Source: an uncultured Syntrophaceae bacterium (GTDB lineage Bacteria; Desulfobacterota; SM23-61). From it: a stretch of 64,000 nt of DNA. The stretch's first letter is position 1. Every line of letters begins with the position of its first letter. Of the stretch, positions 17,750 through 28,302 are shown piece after piece. The stretch lies in assembly GCA_964484485.1 (NCBI GenBank), contig CAZAGD010000033.1, positions 1,238-65,237 on the forward strand. The letters run 5' to 3'. The notes beneath the pieces are model-generated. The model was given only the letters and a program-made list of their open reading frames with translations, made no database searches and had not been told where the DNA came from. Position numbers and translations under genes: made by a program.

Positions 17750-19060
17750 TCAGCGGGGTACGGGAGTCATCTGGCTAGGCAAAAAAGTGGCGATTTCCGG
17801 AAAGAGCACAATAAGGACTACGGCGGCCACCATCAGGAGAAAATAAGGCGCTGCTGCCCGAGCTATATAGACAATGGAATGTCCGGTAAGTCCTTGCAAG
17901 ACAAACAAATTGAAGCCTACGGGAGGGGTAATTTGGGCCATCTCGACCACGATAACGATAAAAATCCCGAACCAAATAAGATTAAAACCTGCTTGTTGGA
18001 CCATGGGCAGCAATACCGCCATAGTTAATACCACCATAGAGATGCCGTCGAGGAAGCAGCCCAGGATAATAAAAAAGACGGTTAAGGCAAAGATTAGTTG
18101 GTTGGGCGAGAGCTGCAGTTCACCTATCCACTGGGCTAAATTTCGCGGTAAACCCGTAAAGCCCATGGCCAAGGATAGAAAAGACGATCCGGCTAAGATC
18201 AACATGATCATGGCTGAAGTCTTGGTTGCGCCCAAAAGGCTGTCCACGAAAGTGCGCCAATTCATTGTCCCTTGAAACCAAGACAACAAAAGAGCTCCTA
18301 CTACACCTAAAGCTGCCGATTCCGTCGGGGTAGCATATCCCCCATAAATCGATCCCAAAACGAATAATATAAGCAGCCCCACCGGAATTAATCCTTTGGA
18401 AGCCTTCAATTTTTGCCAAAAGTTCATCCGGATATCATTGGGCGGAACTTTATCCGAATTGAGGAAGGACCAAATTCCTATATAGCCCATGAAGAGCGCG
18501 GCCAACATTATTCCAGGCAAGACGCCGGCAATAAAAAGCTGGGCGATAGATGTATCTGTGGCTACTCCATAAACAATCATAATTATTGAAGGGGGTATTA
18601 ATAATCCCAACGTTCCCGATCCTGCTAAACTACCCACGATCATCATTTCGGGATATTTGCGCTTGCGTAGTTCCGGGATAGACATTTTGCCAATGGTCAC
18701 TGCCGTTGCTGCCGAAGATCCAGATATAGCGGCAAAAATGGCACAGCCTGCAACATTAGTTTGCATCAATCGACCTGGTAAATTTCCCATCCAAGGAGAG
18801 AGTCCATCGAATAAGTCTTCGGACAAGCGCGAGCGAAAAAGGATATCGCCCATCCAGACAAAGAGAGGTAAGGCGGTGAGAGTCCAACTGGAGAGAGAGC
18901 CCCAAACGGTAGTGGCCATGGCATCGCCAGCCGGCCGCGTGGTAAAAAGTGCCATAGAAATCCAAGCCACGCCCATGAGAGATAGACCTACCCACACACC
19001 TGAACCGAGTAAGATAAAGAGGCTGAACAGAAATATAATAGTCAATAAAGCATCAGTCAT
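17750..19060 (-). CDS. dctM: TRAP transporter large permease (DctM family)
   Basis: 436 aa polytopic membrane protein with DctM-like repeats. Confidence 0.85.
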   Translation of the reverse strand: MTDALLTIIFLFSLFILLGSGVWVGLSLMGVAWISMALFTTRPAGDAMATTVWGSLSSWTLTALPLFVWMGDILFRSRLSEDLFDGLSPWMGNLPGRLMQTNVAGCAIFAAISGSSAATAVTIGKMSIPELRKRKYPEMMIVGSLAGSGTLGLLIPPSIIMIVYGVATDTSIAQLFIAGVLPGIMLAALFMGYIGIWSFLNSDKVPPNDIRMNFWQKLKASKGLIPVGLLILFVLGSIYGGYATPTESAALGVVGALLLSWFQGTMNWRTFVDSLLGATKTSAMIMLILAGSSFLSLAMGFTGLPRNLAQWIGELQLSPNQLIFALTVFFIILGCFLDGISMVVLTMAVLLPMVQQAGFNLIWFGIFIVIVVEMAQITPPVGFNLFVLQGLTGHSIVYIARAAAPYFLLMVAAVVLIVLFPEIATFLPSQMTPVPR

Positions 19061-19071
19061 TTATGGCCATC

Positions 19072-19587
19072 TTATTCTTTTGTAACCTCTCCCCCAGCCT
19101 TTAAGAGGATTACCAGTTTATCGATCAAAGCACAGGCCAACACTACTGTACCTATTGCCATGCTTGACTGGGGTATCCAAAGGGGCAGAGGAATAAGGCC
19201 TTGACTCATTTCATTGATCTGCCAAGAAACGATGGTCATCTTGACACTGTACCAAGCAAAAAAGCTGGCTATTATGGACCCCAGAGCGTGACTCCAAATC
19301 TCCATAACTTTTCGCTTGGGGTCGGATAAACGTTCAATAACTAAGCTTACGCGGATGTGCTCTTTGGCATGGAAAGTGTAAGAAAATCCCAAAAAAGATG
19401 CCGCAGCCATAGAGTAACCCGCGAATTCATCCATGCTACGCACAGCAAAGCCAAAAATAGCTCCGGCCAAAGCAGTCAAGATACAAAAAGCTATGCCGAC
19501 CATGAAAATTCCGGCCAAAATTCCACAAATCCAATAAAGAGTATCCAAAAATTTACGCAAAACATTACCCCTGGCGTAATTTTCCAA
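19072..19587 (-). CDS. dctQ: TRAP transporter small permease (DctQ family)
   Basis: 171 aa, 4 TM, between dctP and dctM. Confidence 0.75.
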   Translation of the reverse strand: MENYARGNVLRKFLDTLYWICGILAGIFMVGIAFCILTALAGAIFGFAVRSMDEFAGYSMAAASFLGFSYTFHAKEHIRVSLVIERLSDPKRKVMEIWSHALGSIIASFFAWYSVKMTIVSWQINEMSQGLIPLPLWIPQSSMAIGTVVLACALIDKLVILLKAGGEVTKE

Positions 19588-19689
19588 ATGTTATGGAATA
19601 AATAATAAAGGTATAGCTTATGCAGGTCTTAGAGGGAATTTAGGCCCGCTTTTCGCAGGCCTAAATTTAGCTGCCAAAATTTTATATAA

Positions 19690-20679
19690 CTACATTTTTT
19701 GGTAGGCAGCAAGTAATTTCTTTCCATCTTCTCCTGCTTTTTTCAGCCATTCGTCAATCATAATTTTCCCGGCTTCGCTCAGTCCCTTTTTCAGTTCGGG
19801 GCTAGGTAATTGGACTATCATACCGTTCTTTTTCAAGATTTCCACAGATTCAGTTGTTACCTTTTTGCTAGCTTCCCAGCCCGCAGCTTCTGCTTTCTTG
19901 GCTTCTTCTATTAAAATATCTTGGGTGGCTTTATCAAGCTTGTTAAAGCTGCTTTTATTCACGATGACCATGTTCTTAGGCTGCCAGGCTTGGGTGTCAT
20001 AATAGTACTTCACTTGCTCCCAAACTTTACTGTCCACGCCTGTGGCTCCCGAGGTCATCATGGCGTTAACTTTGCCTGTAGCCAGCGCTTGGCTCAGCTC
20101 GGCCGCCTGAATAGTTACTGGCCGAGCCTTCAATAGTTCAGCGAGGCGCATAGTGGCTGGGTTATAAGCTCGCCAGGCTAAGCCTTCCAGGTCTTTTACT
20201 GTTTTTAACTCTCGGTTACAATACAACCCTTGGGGGGGCCAGGGGACAGCATAAAGTAACATCATGCCATGGGCATCAAGATATTTTTCCACAAAAGGCT
20301 TTTGGGCCATATACAACTTCCATACTTGATCATAGCCAGTAGCCAAGAAGGGAATACCGTCTGCTTCGAATATTGGGTATTCATGGGCTAACAATGACAT
20401 TAAAACCTCCCCGATTTGGGCCTGGCCAGTCTGCACTGCTCTTTTGATTTCGGGGGCTTTAAAAAGGGATGCTCCGGCATGGACTACAATCTGCAATTTT
20501 CCGCCAGTCCGCTGTTTAACCGCATCAGCAAATTTTTGGCCGTTGACGCTATGAAAATTAGTTACAGGATAAGCCATAGGCATATCCCATTTGGTCTGGG
20601 CCCAACTTAAAGAAAGGCCCAGGCAAAGCGTCAAGAAACTTACTAAGGAAATAATAAAAATGTTCTTCTTAAAACCCAT
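19690..20679 (-). CDS. dctP: TRAP transporter solute-binding protein (DctP family), likely C4-dicarboxylate
   Basis: Signal peptide; DctP-family periplasmic binding protein pattern; TCA context. Confidence 0.8.
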   Translation of the reverse strand: MGFKKNIFIISLVSFLTLCLGLSLSWAQTKWDMPMAYPVTNFHSVNGQKFADAVKQRTGGKLQIVVHAGASLFKAPEIKRAVQTGQAQIGEVLMSLLAHEYPIFEADGIPFLATGYDQVWKLYMAQKPFVEKYLDAHGMMLLYAVPWPPQGLYCNRELKTVKDLEGLAWRAYNPATMRLAELLKARPVTIQAAELSQALATGKVNAMMTSGATGVDSKVWEQVKYYYDTQAWQPKNMVIVNKSSFNKLDKATQDILIEEAKKAEAAGWEASKKVTTESVEILKKNGMIVQLPSPELKKGLSEAGKIMIDEWLKKAGEDGKKLLAAYQKM

Positions 20680-20868
20680 AATTTTACCCTCCTATTGGTG
20701 ATTTTTACGTAAATCTTAAAGGTAAAAATCCTTAATTTTTAGAATGATAACTAACTAAAGATAAAAGGTCAACAATTTTTTGCTTGCTATATTCATTTTA
20801 TTGAATATAGGCGAAAGGAAGGGAAGTAAGTTAAATTTAGGGGCTGATTTGGAGGTTAATGAAATAAT

Positions 20869-22044
20869 TTAAAAATCTTTTTTTCCTTTTACCAATTCGA
20901 TAATTTTCTGAGCTGCCTCAGCCATATTGCTGTATGTTTTAATATTTAAACCAGATTCTTCTAATATCTTCCTCCCCAATTCCACGTTCGTCCCTTCCAT
21001 CCGAATCACCAAGGGAACGGGTAAAGGATTTTCGCGGAGGGCTTCGACAATACCTTCCGCATAGCTATCACAGCGGGTTATTCCGCCAAACATATTCACA
21101 AAAATTCCTTTAACTTTAGGATCGGAAGATAGCAGGCTGAAAGCATTGCGAATGACTTCTTTGGAAGCACCGGCGCCAGCATCCAAAAAATTAGCCGGCT
21201 CTCCACCATAACAGCGAAGAAGATCTAAGGTCGCCATCCCTAAACCCGCGCCGTTGACGATGCAACCAATATTCCCGGGAAGGCTAACGAATCTAAGATT
21301 TAGTCTTTCCGCTTCCAAGTCTCGCGGATCTTCTTGTTCAAAATCACGCAGGGCTAAAAGGTCAGGATGGCGAAAGAGAGCATTGTCGTCAATTTCCATT
21401 TTGGCGTCTAAAGCGACTAAATCACCGGCAACGGTCAAAGCCAAAGGATTAATCTCGGTGAGTACACAGTCGTTATCCATGAAAGCTCGGTAAAGAGCCA
21501 AGCTTACGGCTGACCACTTACCTATAGTATTTCCCGCTAAGCCCAACTCAATAGCCAAACGTCTTCCTTGGAAAAGAGTAAGCCCGCAGCCGGGCTCAGC
21601 TATTATTTTCTTTATCTTTTCGGGGGATCTTGAGGCTACTTCTTCAATTTCTACTCCCCCTTCAGCGCAACCGATCATAGCCACTCGGCCTTTTTGTCGA
21701 TCAATGGTTACTCCTATATAAAATTCCTGGGCTATGGGAATACTTTCTTCTACCAACACCCGGCTCACCTTTTTCCCTGCTGGGCCTGTCTGCTGGGTGA
21801 CCAATTTGGAGCCGATTAATTGGCGAGCAACTTGGGCGACTTCTTGATAATTCCTTACTTGGCTAATTCCTCCCCATTTCCCCCTTCCACCGGCATGAAT
21901 TTGGGATTTTACCACAAATGGGCCTGAACCAATTGCTCGGGCAGCGGCCTCGGCCTCGGCGATCGTAAAAGCTACTTGTCCTTTTGGTATTTTAATTCCA
22001 TAGCGAGCCAAAATTTCTTTGGCTTGGTACTCGTGAATGTGCAC
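20869..22044 (-). CDS. sucC: succinyl-CoA synthetase beta subunit
   Basis: ATP-grasp N-terminus MHIHEYQAKEIL, conserved SucC motifs. Confidence 0.9.
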   Translation of the reverse strand: MHIHEYQAKEILARYGIKIPKGQVAFTIAEAEAAARAIGSGPFVVKSQIHAGGRGKWGGISQVRNYQEVAQVARQLIGSKLVTQQTGPAGKKVSRVLVEESIPIAQEFYIGVTIDRQKGRVAMIGCAEGGVEIEEVASRSPEKIKKIIAEPGCGLTLFQGRRLAIELGLAGNTIGKWSAVSLALYRAFMDNDCVLTEINPLALTVAGDLVALDAKMEIDDNALFRHPDLLALRDFEQEDPRDLEAERLNLRFVSLPGNIGCIVNGAGLGMATLDLLRCYGGEPANFLDAGAGASKEVIRNAFSLLSSDPKVKGIFVNMFGGITRCDSYAEGIVEALRENPLPVPLVIRMEGTNVELGRKILEESGLNIKTYSNMAEAAQKIIELVKGKKDF

Positions 22045-22094
22045 AGGCTACTCCTCTTATTAAAAACTCCCCTGCTAAATCTATTTACTAAAAT

Positions 22095-22793
22095 TTAATA
22101 TTTCTCACTGAGCACTTTCTTCTTCAATTCGCCAATTGCCCAAGTGGGATTAAGAGATTTAGGACAGATAGTGCAATTGAATATAGTATGGCATCGCCAA
22201 AGGCCATGGCGATTATCTAAAATCGGTAGGCGCTCAGCAAATCCCTCATCGCGCGAGTCAAAGCAATATCGGTAAGCTTTGAGCAGGGCTGCTGGTCCCA
22301 AAAATTGGGGATCAGCCCAATAGGAAGGACAAGAGGAAGTGCAAGCGCCACAGAGGATGCATTCATAAGAGCCATCGATTTTTTTTCTATCGGTGACGCT
22401 TTGATAACGCTCTTTGTCCGTTGGCGGTGTGCCGGCAATTAAATAGGGTTTGACGGCTTCATATTTTTTATAAAAATCTTCCATATCAACCGCCAGGTCT
22501 TTGATTACGGGAAAATGCCGCAAGGGTTCGATTTCAATCACCCCTTGGCCCAGAGACTTAACCTGAGTCTCGCAGGCCAGCCGATTCAATCCGTTGATCG
22601 TCATGGCGCAAGAACCGCATATGCCATGACGGCAAGAACGGCGGAAGGTAAGACTACCATCTTGTTTCCATTTTATTTCATTCAACACATCTAAGATGGT
22701 CATCCCCTCCTGTACATCTACCTGATAGTTTTTATAATATGGCTTTTGGTCTTCATCTGGATTAAATCTGAAAATTTTAAAGGTCTGGATCAT
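22095..22793 (-). CDS. sdhB: succinate dehydrogenase / fumarate reductase iron-sulfur subunit
   Basis: 2Fe-2S (CRHGICGSC) and 4Fe-4S/3Fe-4S Cys motifs. Confidence 0.9.
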   Translation of the reverse strand: MIQTFKIFRFNPDEDQKPYYKNYQVDVQEGMTILDVLNEIKWKQDGSLTFRRSCRHGICGSCAMTINGLNRLACETQVKSLGQGVIEIEPLRHFPVIKDLAVDMEDFYKKYEAVKPYLIAGTPPTDKERYQSVTDRKKIDGSYECILCGACTSSCPSYWADPQFLGPAALLKAYRYCFDSRDEGFAERLPILDNRHGLWRCHTIFNCTICPKSLNPTWAIGELKKKVLSEKY

Positions 22794-22804
22794 CGCTCTG
22801 CTCC

Positions 22805-24562
22805 TTAAAATTTTCTTTCTTCTGGTTGGAAACGGGTAACGACTACTGGCTTATAATCCAAGCGAATTCCCGCTTCTGTCTTCCAGGCTAAGGTATGTTT
22901 CATCCAGTTAATATCGTCTCGCTTGGGGAAATCAGTCCGGTAATGGGCTCCCCGACTTTCAGTACGCGCTAATCCACCCACCACGATAGTTTCTACAAAA
23001 TCCAGCATATTGCCTAACTCTATGGCGTCTAAAAGTTCGGTATTGAACCTTTGACCTTTATAGCCCACGCTGATCTCCCGATAACGCCCCTGTAAAGACT
23101 TAATAATCTCCAGTTGCTTTTTCAGCAGTTTTTCTTCTCGGAAGATGCCACAGTTGACCATCATTGTTTGTTGTAATTCTTCGCGAATAGCCGCGGGACT
23201 TTCTTTTCCTTGAGCGGCTAACAACCCTTCTATTTTAGCTCGGCTTCTCTCCATAGCATCTTTGGGGAGATCTATTTTTTCTGCTCCGCCATTAATAAAT
23301 TTGCTCATGGCTCGTCCTGTTCTGCGTCCATATACTGCACAGTCCATGGTGGAGTTGCATCCCAGACGATTTGCCCCATGGACGGATACACAAGCACATT
23401 CCCCCGCAGCGTAAAAGCCTATGACTGGAGTATTTTGGGCATCTTTTACCACTTGGCCATGGACATTGGTAGGTATACCACCCATAGCATAATGGGCGGT
23501 GGGCAAAATTGGCACCAAATCAGTGACGGCATCAATTCCAGCGAACTTAAGGATTAATTCATGGATCTGGGGTAATTTCTCTAAAATCGCTGCTCGGCCC
23601 AAGTGCCGAAGGTCCAGGTGCACATAACCTTTCCCGCCAATACCTCGGCCCTCATCAATTTCCCTTTGAATGGACCGGGAAACTACATCTCGGGGAGCGA
23701 GCTCCATTTTGGCGGGAGCGTATTTTTCCATAAAGCGTTTACCTTCGTTATTGATTAGATAGCCGCCTTCGCCACGGGCTCCTTCGGTAACTAAAACCCC
23801 CGAAGGGTAAAGCCCTGTAGGATGGAACTGCACAAATTCCATATCTTCTAAGGGGAGTCCGGCCTGTAAAACTATGGCCATTCCATCTCCTGTATTTGAT
23901 AAAGCATTGGTATTGACTTTCCACGCTCGGGCATACCCTCCGGTGGCGAACATGACTGCTTTAGCATGGAAAATATGCAAACCGCCATGTTGCATATCCC
24001 AAGCGACGACGCCACAGCAAGTATTGTCCTTTAAAATTAAATCTAAAACAAAGAATTCGTTATAAAAACGAACATCATGCTTGAGGCATTGTTCGTAAAG
24101 AGTATGCAACATGGCATGCCCAGTGCGATCTGCGGCATAGCAAGCCCGCCGAATTGGTCCTTTACCAAAATTGCTATAATGACCGCCAAACTCGCGCTGG
24201 GCAATTTTTCCACTCTCCGTGCGGCTAAAAGGGCAGCCCATATGCTCTAATTCATAGGCAACTTCTATGGCCTCGCGCACTAAAATCTCCTGCGCATCTT
24301 GATCACCCAAATAATCTGCGCCCCGGACGGTGTCATAGAGGTGCCATTCCCAGCTATCCTCTTCCATATTTCCTAAGGGAGCAGCCGTTCCTCCTTGCGC
24401 GGAGATAGAATGAGAGCGGGTGGGAAAGACTTTGGAAAGAACAGCCGTATCTATGGAGCGACTCGTCTCCAGCGCGGCATAAAGACCGGCGATTCCCGCC
24501 CCGACAATTACCACATCATGTTCATGAATCATCATCATCCTCCATTTTGTTTCATCCCCCAA
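22805..24562 (-). CDS. sdhA: succinate dehydrogenase / fumarate reductase flavoprotein subunit
   Basis: FAD fold [10 protein letters not shown], covalent-FAD His region [10 protein letters not shown]; true start may be the internal MMMIHEH. Confidence 0.9.
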   Translation of the reverse strand: MGDETKWRMMMIHEHDVVIVGAGIAGLYAALETSRSIDTAVLSKVFPTRSHSISAQGGTAAPLGNMEEDSWEWHLYDTVRGADYLGDQDAQEILVREAIEVAYELEHMGCPFSRTESGKIAQREFGGHYSNFGKGPIRRACYAADRTGHAMLHTLYEQCLKHDVRFYNEFFVLDLILKDNTCCGVVAWDMQHGGLHIFHAKAVMFATGGYARAWKVNTNALSNTGDGMAIVLQAGLPLEDMEFVQFHPTGLYPSGVLVTEGARGEGGYLINNEGKRFMEKYAPAKMELAPRDVVSRSIQREIDEGRGIGGKGYVHLDLRHLGRAAILEKLPQIHELILKFAGIDAVTDLVPILPTAHYAMGGIPTNVHGQVVKDAQNTPVIGFYAAGECACVSVHGANRLGCNSTMDCAVYGRRTGRAMSKFINGGAEKIDLPKDAMERSRAKIEGLLAAQGKESPAAIREELQQTMMVNCGIFREEKLLKKQLEIIKSLQGRYREISVGYKGQRFNTELLDAIELGNMLDFVETIVVGGLARTESRGAHYRTDFPKRDDINWMKHTLAWKTEAGIRLDYKPVVVTRFQPEERKF

Positions 24563-24641
24563 ACGATGAATGGATTTAACTTAAAAAGCTTTTCATTATT
24601 CTCTGCGTTCGCAGGTAGCGACCTCTGCGGTAAAAAAATTT

Positions 24642-24944
24642 TTAACTACCAAAAGGCACTATAGTTACCACCCCTAAAATAAGAAAAGTTATGCCCACTA
24701 TCCAGGTCAAGCCGAAAAGGGAAACGCGCAACCAAGCGGTGTGTACGTAGTCAGCAATTATTATCCAAAAGCCATTCAAAATATGATAAAGAAGGAGAAG
24801 CACAAAGAAAAGGTGAAAGAATTTCCAAAAGGGGCTGCCCAGATCAACAGGTGAGATACCCCAATGAACCGCGCCTAAATGGATAACCAAGATCAGAACA
24901 ATCAAAATCCCGCTAATCCTTTGAAATAGCCAATTAAAAGCCAT
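24642..24944 (-). CDS. succinate dehydrogenase membrane anchor subunit (SdhD-like)
   Basis: 100 aa, 3 TM, adjacent to sdhC/A/B. Confidence 0.6.
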   Translation of the reverse strand: MAFNWLFQRISGILIVLILVIHLGAVHWGISPVDLGSPFWKFFHLFFVLLLLYHILNGFWIIIADYVHTAWLRVSLFGLTWIVGITFLILGVVTIVPFGS

Positions 24945-24953
24945 ATTCCCCTC

Positions 24954-25277
24954 CTATAAAGCAGTCAGAGAGCCTAAGAAAAAGATTACTCCCAAGACGA
25001 TCATCACCCAAAAGAGTTTCTTATGGTAGAGCGCACCCTGCCCAAAATCAATGATTAATACGCGCACCCCATTTAGGGTATGATAGATCAAAAAGGCCAT
25101 GAGTAGCGCGACCATAACCTTATGGGTAAGAAAATCGCTTAGCGCTGCCAAACCTTTCTGATCATATTTCATCCCGAATTGAGCCAATATATGGAGCAGC
25201 AGATAAATTCCTAAAGCTGCGCCAGTGATCCTATGGATCAACCAAGCTATTGCTCCTGTTTGCCAACGATAACGCAT
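24954..25277 (-). CDS. succinate dehydrogenase cytochrome b subunit (SdhC-like)
   Basis: 107 aa, 3 TM with conserved His. Confidence 0.6.
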   Translation of the reverse strand: MRYRWQTGAIAWLIHRITGAALGIYLLLHILAQFGMKYDQKGLAALSDFLTHKVMVALLMAFLIYHTLNGVRVLIIDFGQGALYHKKLFWVMIVLGVIFFLGSLTAL

Positions 25278-25364
25278 ATTCTTCTCCTTTTTTCCAAAAG
25301 AGGACGCCGATTGACCCGCTATCTTTTTCTTCCGGAAAGTCTGAGTTAATCTGCGTCCAAATTT

Positions 25365-25919
25365 CTACCGGGCATATTGGGCCATGCCCTGCTGGTACAA
25401 GTCATTTCCATAAATATCATTGACGACAATTACGGGAAAATTTTCCACCTCCAGCCGGCTTATGGCTTCCGGACCAAGATCCTCGTAAGCTACCACCTCA
25501 GCTTTCTTTATGGCCTTGGCTAAAAGGGCGCCTGCTCCACCCGTGGCCGCGAAATAAACTGCTTTATATTTTTTCATGGCTTCCACTACCTCTTTTTTGC
25601 GCATGCCTTTGCCGATCATGCCTTTTAAGCCTACTTCCATAAGCTTAGGAGAATAGGCGTCCATACGGCCACTAGTAGTAGGACCGGCAGAGCCAATAAC
25701 TTGCCCCGGCTTAGCGGGCGCTGGTCCCACGTAATAGATCACTTGTCCTTTGAGATCTATGGGCAAAGGCTTCCCTTCCTGGAGTAAGTCAAAAAGGCGT
25801 TTGTGGGCCGCATCCCGGCCTGTATAAATAACGCCGCTTAAAAGGACTTTATCACCTGCTTTTAATTTTTCCACATCCGCATCTGTAAGAGGAGTTTTTA
25901 AACGAATTGGGCCACTCAT
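25365..25919 (-). CDS. class I fumarate hydratase, beta (C-terminal domain) subunit
   Basis: Fe-S hydro-lyase beta domain motifs (LSGVIYTGRDAAHKR; AVYFAATGGAGAL). Confidence 0.85.
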   Translation of the reverse strand: MSGPIRLKTPLTDADVEKLKAGDKVLLSGVIYTGRDAAHKRLFDLLQEGKPLPIDLKGQVIYYVGPAPAKPGQVIGSAGPTTSGRMDAYSPKLMEVGLKGMIGKGMRKKEVVEAMKKYKAVYFAATGGAGALLAKAIKKAEVVAYEDLGPEAISRLEVENFPVIVVNDIYGNDLYQQGMAQYAR

Positions 25920-25934
25920 TTTTCATCTCCTTCC

Positions 25935-26798
25935 TTAAATAATTGCTTCCTTATGCCGATGAGCATGGCAATTAAGGTTAATGGCTAAAGGAAAGCTGGC
26001 AATATGGCAAGGGATCATCTCAGCATGGACAGCTAAAGCAGTTATCCGGCCTCCTAACCCCTGGGGGCCGATCCCCAAATTATTTATGCGGGCCAATAGA
26101 TCTTCTTCCAGGGCGGCCAGTTCTGGATCTGGATTCTTCTGCCCTAAGGGGCGTAAAAGAGCTTTTTTAGCAATCAAAGCGGCCTGCTCATAAGTTCCGC
26201 CAATACCAACGCCCACTACTACTGGTGGACAAGGATTGGAACCAGCCTGTTTTACCCACTCCACAACTCTTTTTTTCAACCCTTCTTTTCCTTCAGAAGG
26301 ACTTAACATCATCACCGTAGACATGTTTTCACTCCCCCCACCTTTGGGGGCAACCGTGATCTTGATTTTATCACCCGGGACCATTTCCAGATGAATAATA
26401 GCCGGGGTATTATCTTTCGTATTTACCCGGGAAAAACAATGGCAGGCTGATTTTCTTAGATATCCTTCTTTATACCCCTGGCGGACACCTTCATTAATGG
26501 CCGCATTAAAATCTCCGCCCGTAATATGCACATCCTGTCCCAACTCCACAAAAACAACGGCCAAACCGGTATCCTGGCAGATGGCCACTTGTTCTTCGCG
26601 AGCTATACGGGCATTCTCTTTAAGCTGCTGAAAAACCTCGCGGCCCACAGGCGACTCCTCCATTTTTTCAAATTTATCAAAAGCAGCCAGCACATCCTCT
26701 CCTAAATAAAGATTAGATTCAATACATAGATTTTTGACGACTTCTGTTATCTGACTAGCGTAAACTTCTCTCATCTTCAACCTCCTTACGGCAAGCAT
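25935..26798 (-). CDS. class I fumarate hydratase, alpha (catalytic N-terminal domain) subunit
   Basis: Fe-S hydro-lyase alpha domain (CQDTGLAVVFVELG; Cys ligands). Confidence 0.85.
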   Translation of the reverse strand: MLAVRRLKMREVYASQITEVVKNLCIESNLYLGEDVLAAFDKFEKMEESPVGREVFQQLKENARIAREEQVAICQDTGLAVVFVELGQDVHITGGDFNAAINEGVRQGYKEGYLRKSACHCFSRVNTKDNTPAIIHLEMVPGDKIKITVAPKGGGSENMSTVMMLSPSEGKEGLKKRVVEWVKQAGSNPCPPVVVGVGIGGTYEQAALIAKKALLRPLGQKNPDPELAALEEDLLARINNLGIGPQGLGGRITALAVHAEMIPCHIASFPLAINLNCHAHRHKEAII

Positions 26799-26886
26799 GA
26801 AGGAGGGACCAAATAATTATCTTCGTCCCTCCTTATTTTATTCTGGTAAATCTTTTTCCTCCTTTACCCCGAGGAAAAATTTCTGC

Positions 26887-28224
26887 TTATTTTTCCGTGT
26901 AAGCAGGGATTATTCCTTTTTCCATTAAAACCTGCGTTTCCATTCTGGCTCTGCGGATCGTTTCTGAGGCTTTTTGGAAAAGTTCTTCTTTACTCAATTT
27001 GATGCGGGCCACTCCCTGCTCAATGGCTTTCAAAGCTGTGGCCACGGCCTGCCTGGGGAATACTTCCCATTCCTCCATGGTGGGCAGGATATAGTCTTCT
27101 CTAAGGCCTTTATCTTCCGCACACTTAGCTAATTCGAGAGCGGAGGCAATGCACATTTCATCGGTAATCGTCCGGGCCATAACATCAAGAGTGCCGCGGA
27201 AAATGGCGGGGAAACAGAGACTATTGTTAACCTGGTTGGGAAAATCAGAACGCCCCGTAGCCACAATTTTAGCTCCACCTTCTTTGGCCTCCCAGGGATA
27301 TATTTCCGGGATGGGATTGGCGCAGGCGAAAACGATAGGATCTTTGGCCATTTTCTTTATCCACTCTTTTTTAATCACATCAGGTCCAGGTTTGGCCAAG
27401 GCAATAACTGCATCTGCTCCTTCCATTGCTTCCGCTATCCCACCCTGCCTTTGTTCGGCATTAGTAATCTGGCAGAAGTGCCATTTTTCTTTAAATTCTT
27501 TCTGCGTATCAGTCCGTCCTTTGTGCAAAGTACCTTTTGAATCGACCATAATTATTTTTCCCGGATCAGCCCCGGCCGCAATAAGAATCCGAGCGGTAGC
27601 GATATTAGCCGCACCGGCGCCGATCAAAGTTAAGCGGGCTTTATCTAATTTCTTGCCCACCACTTTTAAGGCATTCACCAAACCCGCTAAAGTTACCGCG
27701 GCTGTCCCCTGCTGGTCATCATGCCAAACGGGAATTTTGGCCTCTTTCCGCAGCGTATCCAAGATGTAGAAACATTTGGGTTGGGATAAATCTTCCAGGT
27801 TGATCCCCCCAAAACAAGGAGAGATTATTTTTACTGTTTTAATAATCTCATCAGGGTCTTTAGTATCCAAAGTAATCGGCCAGGCATCGACCCCACCCAG
27901 ATACTTGAAAAGAATGGCTTTACCCTCCATAACCGGGATAGCCGCCTCAGGACCAATATCTCCCAATCCTAAAACCCGAGTGCCATCGGAAACTACAGCG
28001 ATCATGTTGGCCTTATTAGTATGCTCAAAAACTTTCTCGGGATGAGCTTCAATATCCCGGCAGGCCGCGGCCACGCCCGGAGTATACCAAATGGCAAAAT
28101 CGTCAAATGTACGCACCGGGCATTTGAGAGTAGAAGAAATCTTCCCTTTGTAAAAGGGGTGCATCTTTAAAGCATCCGCCGAAGGCTTTTTGGATCTTGC
28201 TAATAATTCTTCTTTAGTTAACAT
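26887..28224 (-). CDS. NAD(P)-dependent malic enzyme (oxaloacetate-decarboxylating malate dehydrogenase)
   Basis: Short-type malic enzyme; Rossmann GAGAANIATARIL; divalent-cation site. Confidence 0.85.
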   Translation of the reverse strand: MLTKEELLARSKKPSADALKMHPFYKGKISSTLKCPVRTFDDFAIWYTPGVAAACRDIEAHPEKVFEHTNKANMIAVVSDGTRVLGLGDIGPEAAIPVMEGKAILFKYLGGVDAWPITLDTKDPDEIIKTVKIISPCFGGINLEDLSQPKCFYILDTLRKEAKIPVWHDDQQGTAAVTLAGLVNALKVVGKKLDKARLTLIGAGAANIATARILIAAGADPGKIIMVDSKGTLHKGRTDTQKEFKEKWHFCQITNAEQRQGGIAEAMEGADAVIALAKPGPDVIKKEWIKKMAKDPIVFACANPIPEIYPWEAKEGGAKIVATGRSDFPNQVNNSLCFPAIFRGTLDVMARTITDEMCIASALELAKCAEDKGLREDYILPTMEEWEVFPRQAVATALKAIEQGVARIKLSKEELFQKASETIRRARMETQVLMEKGIIPAYTEK

Positions 28225-28302
28225 GTCTTCCTCCTTTTTTTCTGCGCCGTTTTAAATTTTCCTTATTTTTACCTCTTTCTTCCAATAAAGCAAAGACAAA
28301 TT

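Noticed and set aside
19600-19690. Hairpin TAGGCC-N11-GGCCTA between dctP and dctQ as a terminator
   Set aside because: 6-bp stem with 11-nt loop and no U-tract on the coding (minus) strand; genes are clearly co-oriented in one operon
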